DNA of 64,000 nucleotides from Stylophora pistillata (Eukaryota): NCBI RefSeq assembly GCF_002571385.2, contig NW_019217976.1, positions 291,442 to 355,441 of the forward strand, read 5' to 3'. Shown piece by piece: positions 51,327 to 63,845 of this stretch (position 1 is its first letter; each line of letters starts with the position of its first letter). The notes under the pieces were generated by a model. It saw only the letters and a program-made list of their open reading frames with translations, ran no database searches and was not told where the DNA came from. The position numbers and the translations under genes were made by a program.

Positions 51327-54300
51327 ATGTTAAAATTCTTGCATGTATGCTTAGAGCCTTCTTTACATTTTCTTTGTTCTGATTGATTATCCAAAACAGA
51401 TATTACGCAATCAGTTTCAAGTTGAATAGAGAGCTTCTAATTATGTTGTTACCTATTAGATTGAAATAGATTCCGATCTGAGTCAAAAAATGTTCTTTAT
51501 ACGTTCGTGAACCTGTAATTTATTGCAGTCACGCTGTAAGAAGTGCGTTTTCGATCGTATGACGATTTTTAATCGAATTACACAGTTATTATTGCTCACG
51601 GACCTTTCTCGACCATGCCCATTTCATTTTTCCTTGCATGACTTTTGCGCCCCCGCTCCAAGATAAAAAAAAAAAACTGCGTGCGCAGACCAACATGCTC
51701 GTGCATGCACTAGCCGGCTATATCATCAACATGTTTGTCTTATAATCAAGTCATTTGAAGAAGCATTTCCCTTTCCAGCGTCTCGTCATTTCATAGATCT
51801 CGAGGAGAAGTGCATGTGCCTTGCACGAGACACGCCCGCGTCGCGATCTGCTTGTCTCTCTCTCTCTCTCTCTTTGGTTTATCTCTGCCACTTCTCTCTA
51901 AAAACGTTACTTCAAGAACTTAATTATTTAATAAAGAAAATGCCTGAATCATTGAAAACTTACTTAAGAATTATCTAATTTAACATCCCTTTTATCATAC
52001 AAGTACAGTGATACTTACAGCCGTTTTAACTATTTTATCTTCGAAAGTTTTTGCATTCTCGCTCCCATCTTTCGAGTATGGCGAAGCTTTCGAAAAAGTC
52101 AAGGAAATTGGACAAGAGGTTGTTCGTGAGGTTGGAAGACATGCTGAAGAGAAGAAGAACTCGTTGCTCGAATCAGGAGAACAAGCAATGGAAAAGTTGA
52201 GGCAGTTGAAAGAAGAGGCTAACAAACGAGCTGGAGAAATGCAAGAAACCTTAGGAGAATCTAGCGAGCAAGCCATGGAGAAATTGAGAGAACTGAAAGA
52301 ACAGGCAAGCCAGCGTGCCGAGAAACTGAAAGGAAACGCTGAAGAAATTTTGGAAGAGCAAAAGAAATCTCTCCAGGAAACTGGAGAACAAGCTGTGGAG
52401 AAGTTGAAGCAACTTAAAGAACAGGCCAGCAACCGTGCTGAGGAGATGAAAGAAACCTTCCACGAAAAAAGAGAAGAAGCCATGGAGAAGTTAAGTAATC
52501 TGAAAGAGCAGGCAAGTCAACGTGCCGAGGAAGTGACAGGAAACGTAGAAGAAATGGTGGAAGAGACGAAGAAAACATTCCACGATAAAAGAGAAGAAGC
52601 GATGGAAAAGTTGAGGAATCTGATAGGAAACGCTGAAGAAATGTTGGAAGAGCAAAAGAAATCTCTCCAAGAAACAAGAGAACAAGCTGTAGAGAAGCTG
52701 AAACAACTTGGAGAACAGGCGAGCAACCGTGCTGAGGAGATGAAAAATGCCTTCCACGAAAAAAGAGAAGAAGCCATGGAGAAGTTGAGAAATCTGAAAG
52801 AACAGGCAAGCCAGCGTGCCGAGAAACTGAAAGGAAACGCTGAAGAAATTTTGGAAGAGCAAAAGAAATCTCTCCAGGAAACTGGAGAACAAGCTGTGGA
52901 GAAGTTGAAGCAACTTAAAGAACAGGCCAGCAACCGTGCTGAGGAGATGAAAGAAACCTTCCACGAAAAAAGAGAAGAAGCCATGGAGAAGTTGAGTAAT
53001 CTGAAAGAGCAGGCAAGTCAACGTGCCGAGGAAGTGAAAGGAAACGTAGAAGAAATGGTGGAAGAGACGAAGAAAACATTCCACGATAAAAGAGAAGAAG
53101 CAATGGAAAAGTTGAGGAATCTGAGAGGAAACGCTGAAGAAATGTTGGAAGAGCAAAAGAAATCTCTCCAAGAAACAAGAGAACAAGCTGTAGAGAAGCT
53201 GAAAAAACTTGGAGAACAGGCGAGCAACCGTGCTGAGGAGATGAAAAATGCCTTCCATGAAAAAAGAGAAGAAGCCATGGAGAAGTTGAGAAATCTGAAA
53301 GAACAGGCAAGCAAACGTGCCGAAGAAGTGAAAGGAAACGTAGAAGAAATGGTGGAAGAGACGAAGAAAACACTCCACGAAAAAAGAGAAGAAGCCATGG
53401 AGAAGTTGAGAAATCTGAAAGAACAGGCAAGCAAACGTGCCGAAGAAGTGAAAGGAAACGTAGAAGAAATGGTGGAAGAGACGAAGAAAACACTCCACGA
53501 AAAAAGAGAAGAAGCCATGGAGAAGTTGAGAAATCTGAAAGAACAGGCAAGTCAACGTGCCGAGGAAGTGAAAGGAAACGTAGAAGAAATGTATGAAGAG
53601 AACAAGAAAGCACTGCAAGAAAAAAGAGAACAAGCCATGGAGAAGTTATTGGAATTAAAACAGAAAGCGTTGAGCCAAAAGGAGATACTGAAAGAAAAGA
53701 AACAACAGTTGAAAGAGAAGATGAACCAACTGTGGGATGATATGAAGCAAAAAGCTGGTACGAACAAAGAGCAGCTGCAGGAAGCCTTCCAACAGAAGAA
53801 ACAAGAAATGAAAGAATACTGGAACGAGTTGAACAAGCAAGCTGGTGAGAGCAAAGAAAAATTCAGGAAAATCTGGAGGGAGAACAAGGGCAATTGGCGC
53901 AACAAGACAGAGGAGGTCAGTGTAACCCATTGTTTCCGTTATTTGAGTTGTTTTTACGCTTCCTCGGGTAGAGTGTAAAATTTGCGTCTTAAATATTTAC
54001 TGGCCAAAGATCCCGTTTACATTTAGATTTACCATCTTAGCTATAGAACCAAAGCCAAAGTATTCATAACGAACAATCGGAAATGGGAATACCACAAGGA
54101 GCCGATGGAAACTCATTGCAGAAAAGATTAAAACTGTTTTTACCCTTTAATCCCTGACAGTGGCCTGACTTCTTGAATCACCCCTTGATTCAATATAAAG
54201 GTTATGATAATGAAGGAAATGATCACCTTCTCACAAATCTCTTGATTGCTAAACAAATTCTCCTTGTCCACACCTTAAAAGAAATGTAAAGAGAACAGTA

Positions 54301-55175
54301 TGGAGAATATGCATGCTGATGTTACGGTGTATGAGGTACAGCACCGAAAAAAGTCCTAATTGTTGTCAGATTTGCATAATATTGCATTGTCTGGTGCATG
54401 TTTTTTAAAAAAAGATAATTCATCGAAAATAGATTCGTGCTGAGTTACTAAGAAGTATCTTTCTTCACAGCAATGGATGAAGTTCACTGAAGTGACCACT
54501 GAACAACTCGACCGCGCCAGATCAGAGATTGCTGCTCTTCAAGAGCGACTGGGTTCCAGCCTTCCCGACAGACCTCTCGAACAAATCAAAGACATGAAAA
54601 CGACTGTCAAGGACATAATACAGTAAGAGAGATGACCGGAAAACTCCATTATTTTGCTAGAATTTTGTAGGAGACATGGAAGAAAACGTCAACATGGAAC
54701 TTGGGTCTTGATAAATAAACACAAAATAACTAGTCTGATTTCGTGGCCCACCTTGGTTTTCGCTATAAAATAACTGAACATATGAGAACTATCTACAGTT
54801 AACAGGTCTGTATTTTTTTTCTGTCCTCTTAGGTCCCTGAAAGAATCCCTGAAAGTTAAACTGCAACAACTGCAACCCGAGGAGCCTGAGCCAACAGAAA
54901 CTCCTGTCAGCGGCGAACCCAGCGAGAGCCCTGAAATAGAAGAGCCTGAGCCGACAGAACTTCCGTTCAGCGGTGAGCCCAGCGAAGCTCCAGTCACCGA
55001 AAGCAATGCCGCAGAGGAGGAGGAGGAACAGAAAAGAGAATCCAATCTTTTCTCGCGTATCCTATCCGACCGCAGAAGACGCAGAATGAAACAGATCTTG
55101 AAGCACGGAAGATCCTCCTTGTGGAAGTTGTGGAAAAAGAGCAGAGGACTTCACTCTCTGAAAAGTCAGCCCTAA
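51327..55175 (+). CDS. Secreted amphipathic alpha-helical repeat protein (apolipoprotein/LEA-like), ~808 aa; exons 51327-51344, 51529-51535, 52009-53915, 54471-54622, 54833-55175
   Basis: 656-codon open frame rich in E/K/A/Q with 29- and 40-aa repeats, and a hydrophobic N-terminus ILTAVLTILSSKVFA. Donor GAG/GTCAGT at 53915, acceptor TTCACAG at 54470, donor CA/GTAAGA at 54622, acceptor CTTAG at 54832, all phase-compatible through to TAA at 55175. The first two exons are inferred. Confidence 0.85.
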
Positions 55176-58100
55176 GTTTCTTCCCTGGTTTTTTTCCCGG
55201 ATAACGTTTTGATTTATACAGTTAATTTATATATCATTTCAAGGGTACCATGGGTTCATTATAGGGAGATCTGATTAAAAACTGTTCTAAGGCTCTCGAT
55301 TGTGAAATTCTGTGAACTTTTTGTTGAAGTTGTAAACCACTTTTCCGATCTTTCTTTACCATGTGTAACGCTAGTTTCTCGTCATCAAACTGTCGTCCTC
55401 TTTGCCGACGACAGTGAGCTCAGTGATTTTCTCAGTTTCATATCGATAAACTTCGGAGGGGACCGAGTATCAACCGTGCAATTTCATGTGTGAGTCGAAA
55501 AGTTGCTTTGATCAAATAAAAACATTTTGAATTATAAGAGCTTTTGTTGTCAACGCTGTGAGTGTGAATTGAAAGGGCAGGTGTGCGATGTTTATGGTTC
55601 CGCTCTCCATGGCCAATAAAAAAACCGTGCGAGAAATTAATTAAAGTTAAAGAGACAGGAATTTCCAAAAAGAGTACATCCCGGCAAACTTAACTAGGAT
55701 CCAGACTAGACGTGGCCAAGGATGTACGGCAACGTGACTCTGTGTGACAAGATAGCGTACTATAGTGTGTTCATTTAATTTGAGTAAAACGATACTCATC
55801 GTTGTAATTTTGCCGAGAGGCTTTGAATCTTTGGTGGCCAGTAACACTGTGTAACACTGTCAAGCTATTCTTTTCTTGGAATTCTTCCACTTTTTCAAAA
55901 GTTGTCTTCTCGTACTTTTATTGTCAACCACACATGGTTGCGTCACTTCATTGCTTTAAAAGGCTTTCTGTAATGGCAGAAACTCGGATATAATATTTCA
56001 CTTGGTTAACTAAAAATGACCAGAACCCATTCTACTTTATGTATGTTGTTTATGCTGTTCTCAATACATTTTCTGAGGTGCTGACGAGGAGAATTTGTTT
56101 AATAATCAAGAGCTTCCTTAGTTGGTGACAGGGGCGTAGCCAGGATTTCTAATTTTTTCATATTCGGGTTACGGTTTCTCTTCGATCTAAGCGGCAGGTA
56201 TGCGCCTCCACTGATCTCGAAAAGCTGCGAAACTTCTGCATGCTTCACTCGTCACCACTGTATCAGATCGATTAGGGTTTGATAACTGGAATGTGAGAAA
56301 TTGACGGTTTTGTGCAGAATTAATGACATAGGTCCCCGATTCCTTTGTTAGTATACCTTAAAGATACACTTTTTTTTTATTCAAGACCTCTTTTATAAAG
56401 GCCTTTAGGCTGAGATAAACCACAATTGTAGGAACATATTTTAAAACACCCGAGCCGAGATTCATTAAGAACGTCTTTATCAAGAACGTCTTTGCTAAGA
56501 ACGTCTTCATTTTGCGTTTTTTTTTTTTCTGTGAGAAGTAGAAATAAAGGTAAAAGAAATGTAAAGGTGTAATCCAACAGGACACTTGACTCAAATGCCT
56601 AGGGACAATTTTTAACATTGATTTACTGAATTACTATACCACGTGTGCAACCTTAACAAGTTAAGAAGAACGTTTAAGAATCAAATCACAATAGAAATAA
56701 GAACGTCCAGCCTCAAGCCCCAAAAGTAGATGTTCTCTTTGGTGTTCACTTGAGACAACTTGGTGAAAGAAAATCCAAAAAGTATAGGCTCTTGAAGTCG
56801 TGGAATAACAATACGGATTTCCCGCGGCTTTTTGATTACAAAAAGAAAAAAACAAGTGCATAAGAAAAGACTGCACTGGAAAGTCTTGAGTATTAAAATT
56901 TGATGTATTAAAACTTTAACACATCAAATAATGGACTCTCGAGTAGCTATAATGCAGTTTACATCGATCTGTCGCACAATATTAATCACATTTACATTTG
57001 ATAATCTTCTGTTTCGATTTCTATTCTGAAATCAACTTGTTGTTACTGTTCCAGCACTATATCTTAAATTTTTCCTGCTCTATCAAGCGTTTTTTTTTTT
57101 TTTCAACGGTTAAGTTTTACTGTGAAAAAATACTTGAAGGGCTTAATCTCATTAATTATTGAGCGTACATTTTGTTGTTTTCTTTACAAGAGGAAAGATT
57201 AATTTCCAATTCAAAGTAAGCTCCAGCATACCATTTCTCGCTTGTGAGTCCATTTTCAATAATTATGCAATTACCAGTGTCTCAACAAAACACGAGCTGT
57301 GAGTTTAGTATGTTTTCTTTGTATAGAAGTCAATAAAAATTCTAATGCTTCGATTGACTTCTCTGATCCGGCTGACAAAATCGACAGCTTTAGAAGCTTC
57401 ACATTAACATATTACATCAATTTATACATGTCGTTTTATTAGGCAAAGAAGCGAACGGTCTTGTTGCCCTGCGTTTTTGTTTGTCTCCCTGGCTGCAGTC
57501 CAAACAAAAGATTATCAAGAAAAAATCAAAGAGCGCTCTTATTCTTGCACTGAACTTGAGAAAAACATGAAATTCCTTCAATTTTAGCCTTGCATCTCTC
57601 AAACACAAGAATATAACCGTTTTATCAAGTTTCGTAATACATGCGATTTGTGCCGTTTTTCAGTTGTGCACGATAATTAAAAACACTCTATTTTAACACT
57701 TAACCTCTGGCTTCATTCCATCAGGAGCCCCTTTAATCTTAAAGCAATACAACAGATGAGCTATTTTACTTTACTTTTTTCCGAGAAAAAAAACGTGTAA
57801 TCTAGTGTAAACAGAGCGAGATTTCATATTTTCAAAACAATTTTTTCTCGATTTTTAACAATATTTAAATCAAGTGTTTTCTCTCTTAGCTTGCTTCGAC
57901 CGAACTAAGATGTCTAAACGATATCTGACTCAACACCTTATTTCATAACGTCCTCTTTCTAGTCATCAAGTCGCGCGAAAGATTTTGGATTTAGACGCTA
58001 CTTCTTCCGAAGCATATGATATCACCTTGACCGAGCCGTCCTTAGACGAGATTTACAAACAACTTCATCGTAAGATATCAGTACATTATCCATTGATCAT

Positions 58101-58622
58101 ATGAAGAGACAAGAAAAACTTATCAGCTAGAGCAAGGGTTTTATCTTGATGAACCACTGCACTCCCTACATTAATTACAAGAAGATGTATGCAAGTAAAA
58201 AGTTGGCCGGAATTGAGAGTTAACGAGTTAAAAGTGAAGCGGACTTTCTTACAATAACACCTGTCCAAATACGTCGCAAAAATAATGACTCTGTCAAACC
58301 GTCCCTAATTGTTTTTCACAAAATAAGAGAGTTATTTGAGTGACTTGCACATCACTTCGGAAGATTCACGTACGGTTTGAGAGAGACAGTTCCCCATGCC
58401 AGAAGACCCTATCGTTTTGTGAACAAAGGCGTGATAAAGGAACTGTTTTGGTGGATAATTAAGTTATAGCCTCTTCATACCGTGAACTGCAAACTCCAAG
58501 CGGAGTTGCTTTCATCGTGGAGTTTTAATTTACAACAAAACGATTTAACGTTGGCTTTCAGTTCGAGCGGCCGTCGGTTGGGGAGCTTGGATTGATATCT
58601 CTAAACTTTCTCCAAGCTGACG

Positions 58623-59642
58623 ATGTTCATGTATTACGAGGGATATCTTTTGACTCCCAATGAGGCTTTAGCGATCCTGTTTCTCATTTTCGGATTTTAC
58701 ACTGTTGTCGGAAACGTGTTGGTTTTTGTGGTGTATATTATAGACCCAGACAAGAAACTTCGCCGGGTGTCTAACTCGTATTTTGTGATCAGCTTGGCTG
58801 TAGCGGATATCCTAGTTGGGATCACTGTGGAACCTATAAATGCGGCGAGTTATTGGACGAATAACCGCAGAGTTCTCTTTAGCTATTTCATCTTCGCTGT
58901 TCTCTCTTGTGTTTGTTCCATTGTAAACATATCCGCTCTAATGGCAGATAGATTTCTCGCCGTTTGTCGACCGTTTCAATACAGATCGCTAATGTCGCCA
59001 AATCGCGTTCGTTGGGCTTTGTTACTCATCTGGTTATTTTCAATCCACTTCTCCATCTTGCCTCTTGTCGGATGGCGCAGCGCAAGCTTTCAAATCTACC
59101 TCTACGGCATGGGAGTTCTATCACCAGCTACACTAATGCTCATCTCCTACTATGGGCTGTTGCGCGCACTAAAAAAGAAGATGATTAATTTGAAGATTTC
59201 TACTGATAGAAAAGAAGTCACCCAGGTAGAAAAAACGGTAGCTCGGGAGCGCAGAGTTTCCACGACCGTCTTCATTATGCTTATAGTTTTCCTCGTCGCT
59301 TGGGGTCCGTTTGTGATGGTAGATTTTGTCCTGGTGTTCTGCGAAAGTTGTCGCTCAGAAAAGCTTCTTCTAGCGCGCGATATAACGTTAACGATAGGAT
59401 TTTTCTCGTCGGGAATAAATCCGGGTTTGTATGCATGGCGAGTTCCGAATTTCAGGCACGGGCTAATGCTTTTATTTCAACGTGGAATTAAGACGAAATC
59501 CAGACTCGTCCGAGTTGTTCCTTTAGAAAAAGACGGTCCAAGTGGTGTTATGGACTCAGATAGTTGCATTTTAAAGAGCAACTTACATAATTTAGCTTAC
59601 CACGTGAATAAAACACAGAAAGAAACTATCAATTCAGTTTGA
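58623..59642 (+). CDS. Intronless class A (rhodopsin-family) orphan GPCR, 339 aa, adenosine/melanocortin-receptor-like
   Basis: Seven hydrophobic segments with GN (TM1), SLAVAD (TM2), DRF (TM3), W (TM4), P..Y (TM5), FLVAWGP (TM6), NPGLY (TM7) and helix 8 FR. Confidence 0.95.
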   Translation: MFMYYEGYLLTPNEALAILFLIFGFYTVVGNVLVFVVYIIDPDKKLRRVSNSYFVISLAVADILVGITVEPINAASYWTNNRRVLFSYFIFAVLSCVCSIVNISALMADRFLAVCRPFQYRSLMSPNRVRWALLLIWLFSIHFSILPLVGWRSASFQIYLYGMGVLSPATLMLISYYGLLRALKKKMINLKISTDRKEVTQVEKTVARERRVSTTVFIMLIVFLVAWGPFVMVDFVLVFCESCRSEKLLLARDITLTIGFFSSGINPGLYAWRVPNFRHGLMLLFQRGIKTKSRLVRVVPLEKDGPSGVMDSDSCILKSNLHNLAYHVNKTQKETINSV

Positions 59643-62409
59643 AGTCAATAAACATCCAATCTTTCATTTTTATTTGTTCGACGATGCAGGTTTCTAGCCC
59701 GGCACAGAAATGATTGAAATAAAATTATGTTTTCGTGTATCAGCTATTTGTTTCAGTTTTTGTTGGATATACATTAAAATCTAGTTAACTTTGAATAAAC
59801 GCAGAAAGGCAATTTCAATACACATTCTACGTTTCCGACTCCTTCAGAAATGAAAATTAAACTGAGTTGCCAACCATTGCAATGATTTACATAACAGGTA
59901 TAGGTGTTTTGACTGCATGTTTTAAGTTCATTCAACTTGGATTATGAACAACATTTTTTCGTTCTCGTTTTGTCATCTACTTAGCATCAAACATTAAAGA
60001 AACCAGAAACTTATCTATAACTTGTAATCAACTCTCTCAGCAATTAGTGGCTTAGGAAGGAGAACGGATATTTTCATTAAAAAAAAATATTTTTGGTTTC
60101 ACAGGATATCAACTCCAACTCAAAATATTTTAGGTTTCAATCTAGAGATAAAAAATGCGTTAATGATTACACCATTTCATAACTGATCAACTCAATGACT
60201 CAAACGAGGCTTCTAGAATTTCTAGAATTCTATTCGAGAATTTATTCAAAATAAGCTATTTCGTTGTCTTCCCTGTTGACAATCATAGCTCCAAAAGTTT
60301 AGTTAGCTTTGAATTTATATTCTGTGGCCAATTAGTTTTAATGAGATTCTTTAAGAAAAAAATTAATTATACTAATCGTTGCCGAATTATCTACAAAAAA
60401 AAAATTTAATACTTGAACAAAGTCAAAATCAAGTTTCAATACATGAACTTACTCAGAATGTCTTCTTGAAGCTAGAAGATTTCTTAGGTAATAATATTAG
60501 AAATGTTGCTAATAAGCATCGCGGCGAGCTCTTGTAAACGCGCTTGGAAAAATTAGTGCACCTGCTGAATTCTCAGAACAAATTACAATCATTGTAACAT
60601 AAACACGTTGCGTATATATGAGAAAAAGAAACCAACTCGTTAGTAGGATACTCAAATTGTTATGAAATTCGTTTTAATAAAGCTGAAACCTTTTTTTTTT
60701 TTTTTTGATCGTCAGTGACTCTAAGATTCGAGTTTTTCCGGGCATTTCGCATCTTCTCAGTTTGACACGTAGTTTATTAATTTCTTTCTTGTAATTCGGT
60801 GATAAGATAAACGGACGCGATATAATGATGGCTGGCATCAAAGGCGACTTAACTCTTAAATCATTGCCAGCTATGAAATAATTTATTATCACCCTGAGGC
60901 GTTTCATATACTGATTACTTTTTCCGCTGACGACATTTCCTTCTCCCACGCCTCCTCTCCAGTGGACTACGAACCCGGCAAATGTAAAACTAAAAGCGAG
61001 TTGCGTGGTTAAATTTCGCTGACGCGCTTTATCTCCTTAAGTTTGTGCGTGGTCGAAGAAGAAAAACTTGACATTTTCACTTCCGCGGGAAATCACACTC
61101 GTAATACGATTAAAGATCATTTTTAAGCTGCATGCATTGCGCGGATTCTTCGAAAAGTTAAAAAGCTATTTTGTTAAGACTCGGCTGCCGCACATAATTT
61201 TTAGTCAAACGCGTTAAACTCTTAATTTTTAATCGAACATCACATTGCGTCCACTAATCTTCTATTCCTGGCCTACATACGATCTTTCCTTTTATAGCTT
61301 TATACACTTAATTTTCGTCAGAATTCCATGGCCACTAACTTTTCTGAGCTGATGTTGACTCTGAGTGGGGTTATGACTTTTATTAGTTGAAAATAGACTT
61401 AGAAAGTTTGAGTTGAGGTCATCGGAAGCCATGCGTCTGTAACCTTATCTTTAAAACTATCATGAGCTCTTTACGCCTTAACATCGTTATGCATATTGTC
61501 GATATTCTCCATACTGTTCTCTATACGTTTCCTTGGGTGCGGACAAGAGGAATTTGTTTAACAATCAAGAGCTTCTTTATTTCGTGATCTTTTCTGTTAT
61601 TCTTGTGACCTTAACGTGTGATCCAGGGATGATATTGTCAGGGGAATTAAATGCTAGTCACCTCAAAAGGTTAAGAGAATGTGAAAAGATTAACAGTGAG
61701 TGTGGGAATTGAAAATTTGGCTTCTGTGCCCTCGTGAATAAATCTGCTCCTTTTTCTGTACTGATAGATTCTTCTAAACAAGGTTTTTATTCAAAGGTAT
61801 ACATTCAAGGTATTTATAATAAACGCGAAAAGGTGTCGAGTAACTGACGGTCTCTCAATTTTAACTGCAGACGGCCGACGGCTGGTCTTAATGGTAGCTG
61901 CTTTGATAGCTCCCAATGTGTGGTTAATGATTATTTAAGGTATAGTATTTATTTGTAATACTTTGGAGCTTTTTACACTTGAACTATTAAACTAATTGGA
62001 AATATTGCATTTGCTTCCTTAATCTTCTGCATTGATTCCGGCTGGAAAAGCGTGGCGGCCAAATGGTCATGGCGCCCTAGACATCCTACAGGTGTGTAAA
62101 TGAGTGGAGGTGAATTTAAAACGGGGAGAAACCATGTGATGGATTAGCATCCCATCCCGAGGGGGAAGGGAGAGCACAAATATTTCGTCGCTTAGGCTGT
62201 ATGGGCTACTGGCCTGACGCAGACTTTTTTTCAATTCTAATACGTGCATCTCCATGAACAGTGCCGGTAAGTATTTTCTGGGACCTTCAGAGAAAAATTT
62301 CGTTTAAATTGTTTAATTAAGTTGTGAATTTACCATCAATTTTTAATCATCAATATTCTTATTTATCTGTTAATTTACTTTTATTTTTGTGAAAATTGTT
62401 ATTTTTCCG

Positions 62410-62476
62410 GTCATTCCGGGAATTCCGGGTATTCCGGGTATTCCAAGTATTCCAGTTCCGGATCCGAATTCCGGCA
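62410..62476. repeat. 9-bp minisatellite (ATTCCGGGT)n
   Basis: About 6 degenerate copies, which produce the IPGIPG ORF. Confidence 0.7.
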
Positions 62477-62489
62477 TTTCATATTTCCC

Positions 62490-63845
62490 AAACTACCTGC
62501 GACTACTCTTCAAATTTAAACAATCTGATCTGCTTCTGATAAAGCTCCTGGGGTTGACAACATCCCAATGAGAATTTTTAAACTACTTATTGATGTTATT
62601 GCTGAGTCCTAACTGCAATCATTAACCCTCTCTTCAGAGGGTGGCTATTTTCCGGAAGCCCTCCAAATAGCAAAAGTTTTTCCCATCTTCAAATCTGGTG
62701 TGGGGAATTAGTGAGAAGCCCACACTGTCACTGTTCTCTTCCAGAATTTATTTCTCAAAAAAGGAGACAGAACAACGTTACGCGAAGTTTCTTGCCGACT
62801 AAAAACTACTCACAATGACTTTCTTATCTCATGAACACACCTTGATCAAAACGTTAAGTTGATTGGCTGTAAAGTTCTTCCCAACAAAGACAAACAAACT
62901 GATTTATCGGAGCGGACAGATCGTGACACTAGATTTCTGGCAGATAATTTTCAATCGCTACAATACTAATTATCCTGTTTCCGACACTGGTGATCCTGAA
63001 AGGTTTAAAAATTATTGATCTATCTCCAATCTTCTAGCCTTCTAGCCTATGAATTTTAGACCTATTGCAATCATGATCTCTTGAACGGTAGTCAGTGTGG
63101 CTTTCGCGGAAATCACTCCATCTCAATGACCTCAATGGCCTTGATTCAACTGGATAATCACAATGCTTTGTGATAGACAGCAGAGAGACAACTGCCGCGC
63201 CAAGGTTTTTCAAGCTCTTCTAAACCTTTTGACACTATTAATCATTGCATCTTGCTCCATAATCTGGATGGGCACACTTTTGCATACTCATCAATGGATT
63301 TCTTGCTATCTAAAATTGCACATATCGATCGAGTATCGACCGACTCTCGACCGATATAAAAGAGATTTAGTACCACGTTTACGGGAAGAGTGACCACGTG
63401 ACCTTGTTTTTCCCGCCATTTTTTCACGTTTGCTGGTTGCACTTTGCCGTTTCTACGTGAAAGTAATCTGTTTCGCGTTTGCCGTGTACTAAGATTTTCT
63501 TCACTTTTTCTCTCACAGCGTACAAGTTAATTGCCGGAAAAAGGGCGCCAAAACTATTCCTTCTAGGTCATACAAGGCGCCTTTAAATCCACCATGAAGT
63601 GAACTCCCGCGAAGCTAAAGCAGCAGGGTTCATGTTCACGCTATTTTATGTGAAACGTGAAAGGGCAAGCTGACGTTTGCTGTTTCACGTACTGAAACGC
63701 GGTGCTAAATCTCTCTATTGACCGATACATCGGTCGAGAGTATCCACAATAAATATGATCCCGTTCATTTTCGTACAGCTTACTCGCAACTGAAACCATT
63801 TACATGTTGTAGTCCGCAAGGATCAGGGTTGGGCCCTCGCCGCCT
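62490..63845 (+). mobile_element. Highly degenerate CR1/L2-group LINE RT fragment interrupted by insertions
   Basis: KAPGVDNIP, FPEALQIAKVFPIFKSG, QCGFRGNHS, SKPFDTINHCILL and PQGSGLGP motifs appear in order across frameshifts. Confidence 0.8.
63355..63718. mobile_element. MITE with AGAGATTTAG(T/C)ACC(A/G)CGTTT TIRs; a related element starts at ~63858 and runs off the window
   Basis: 18/20 inverted match between 63361-63380 and 63695-63714. Confidence 0.75.

Noticed and set aside
51995-53930. Long antisense ORFs (up to 380 aa)
   Set aside because: Shadow frames of the purine-rich repetitive sense CDS.
53916-53978. ORF-track C-terminus VSVTHCFRYLSC...
   Set aside because: Intron read-through; the donor at 53915 joins in phase to downstream exons.
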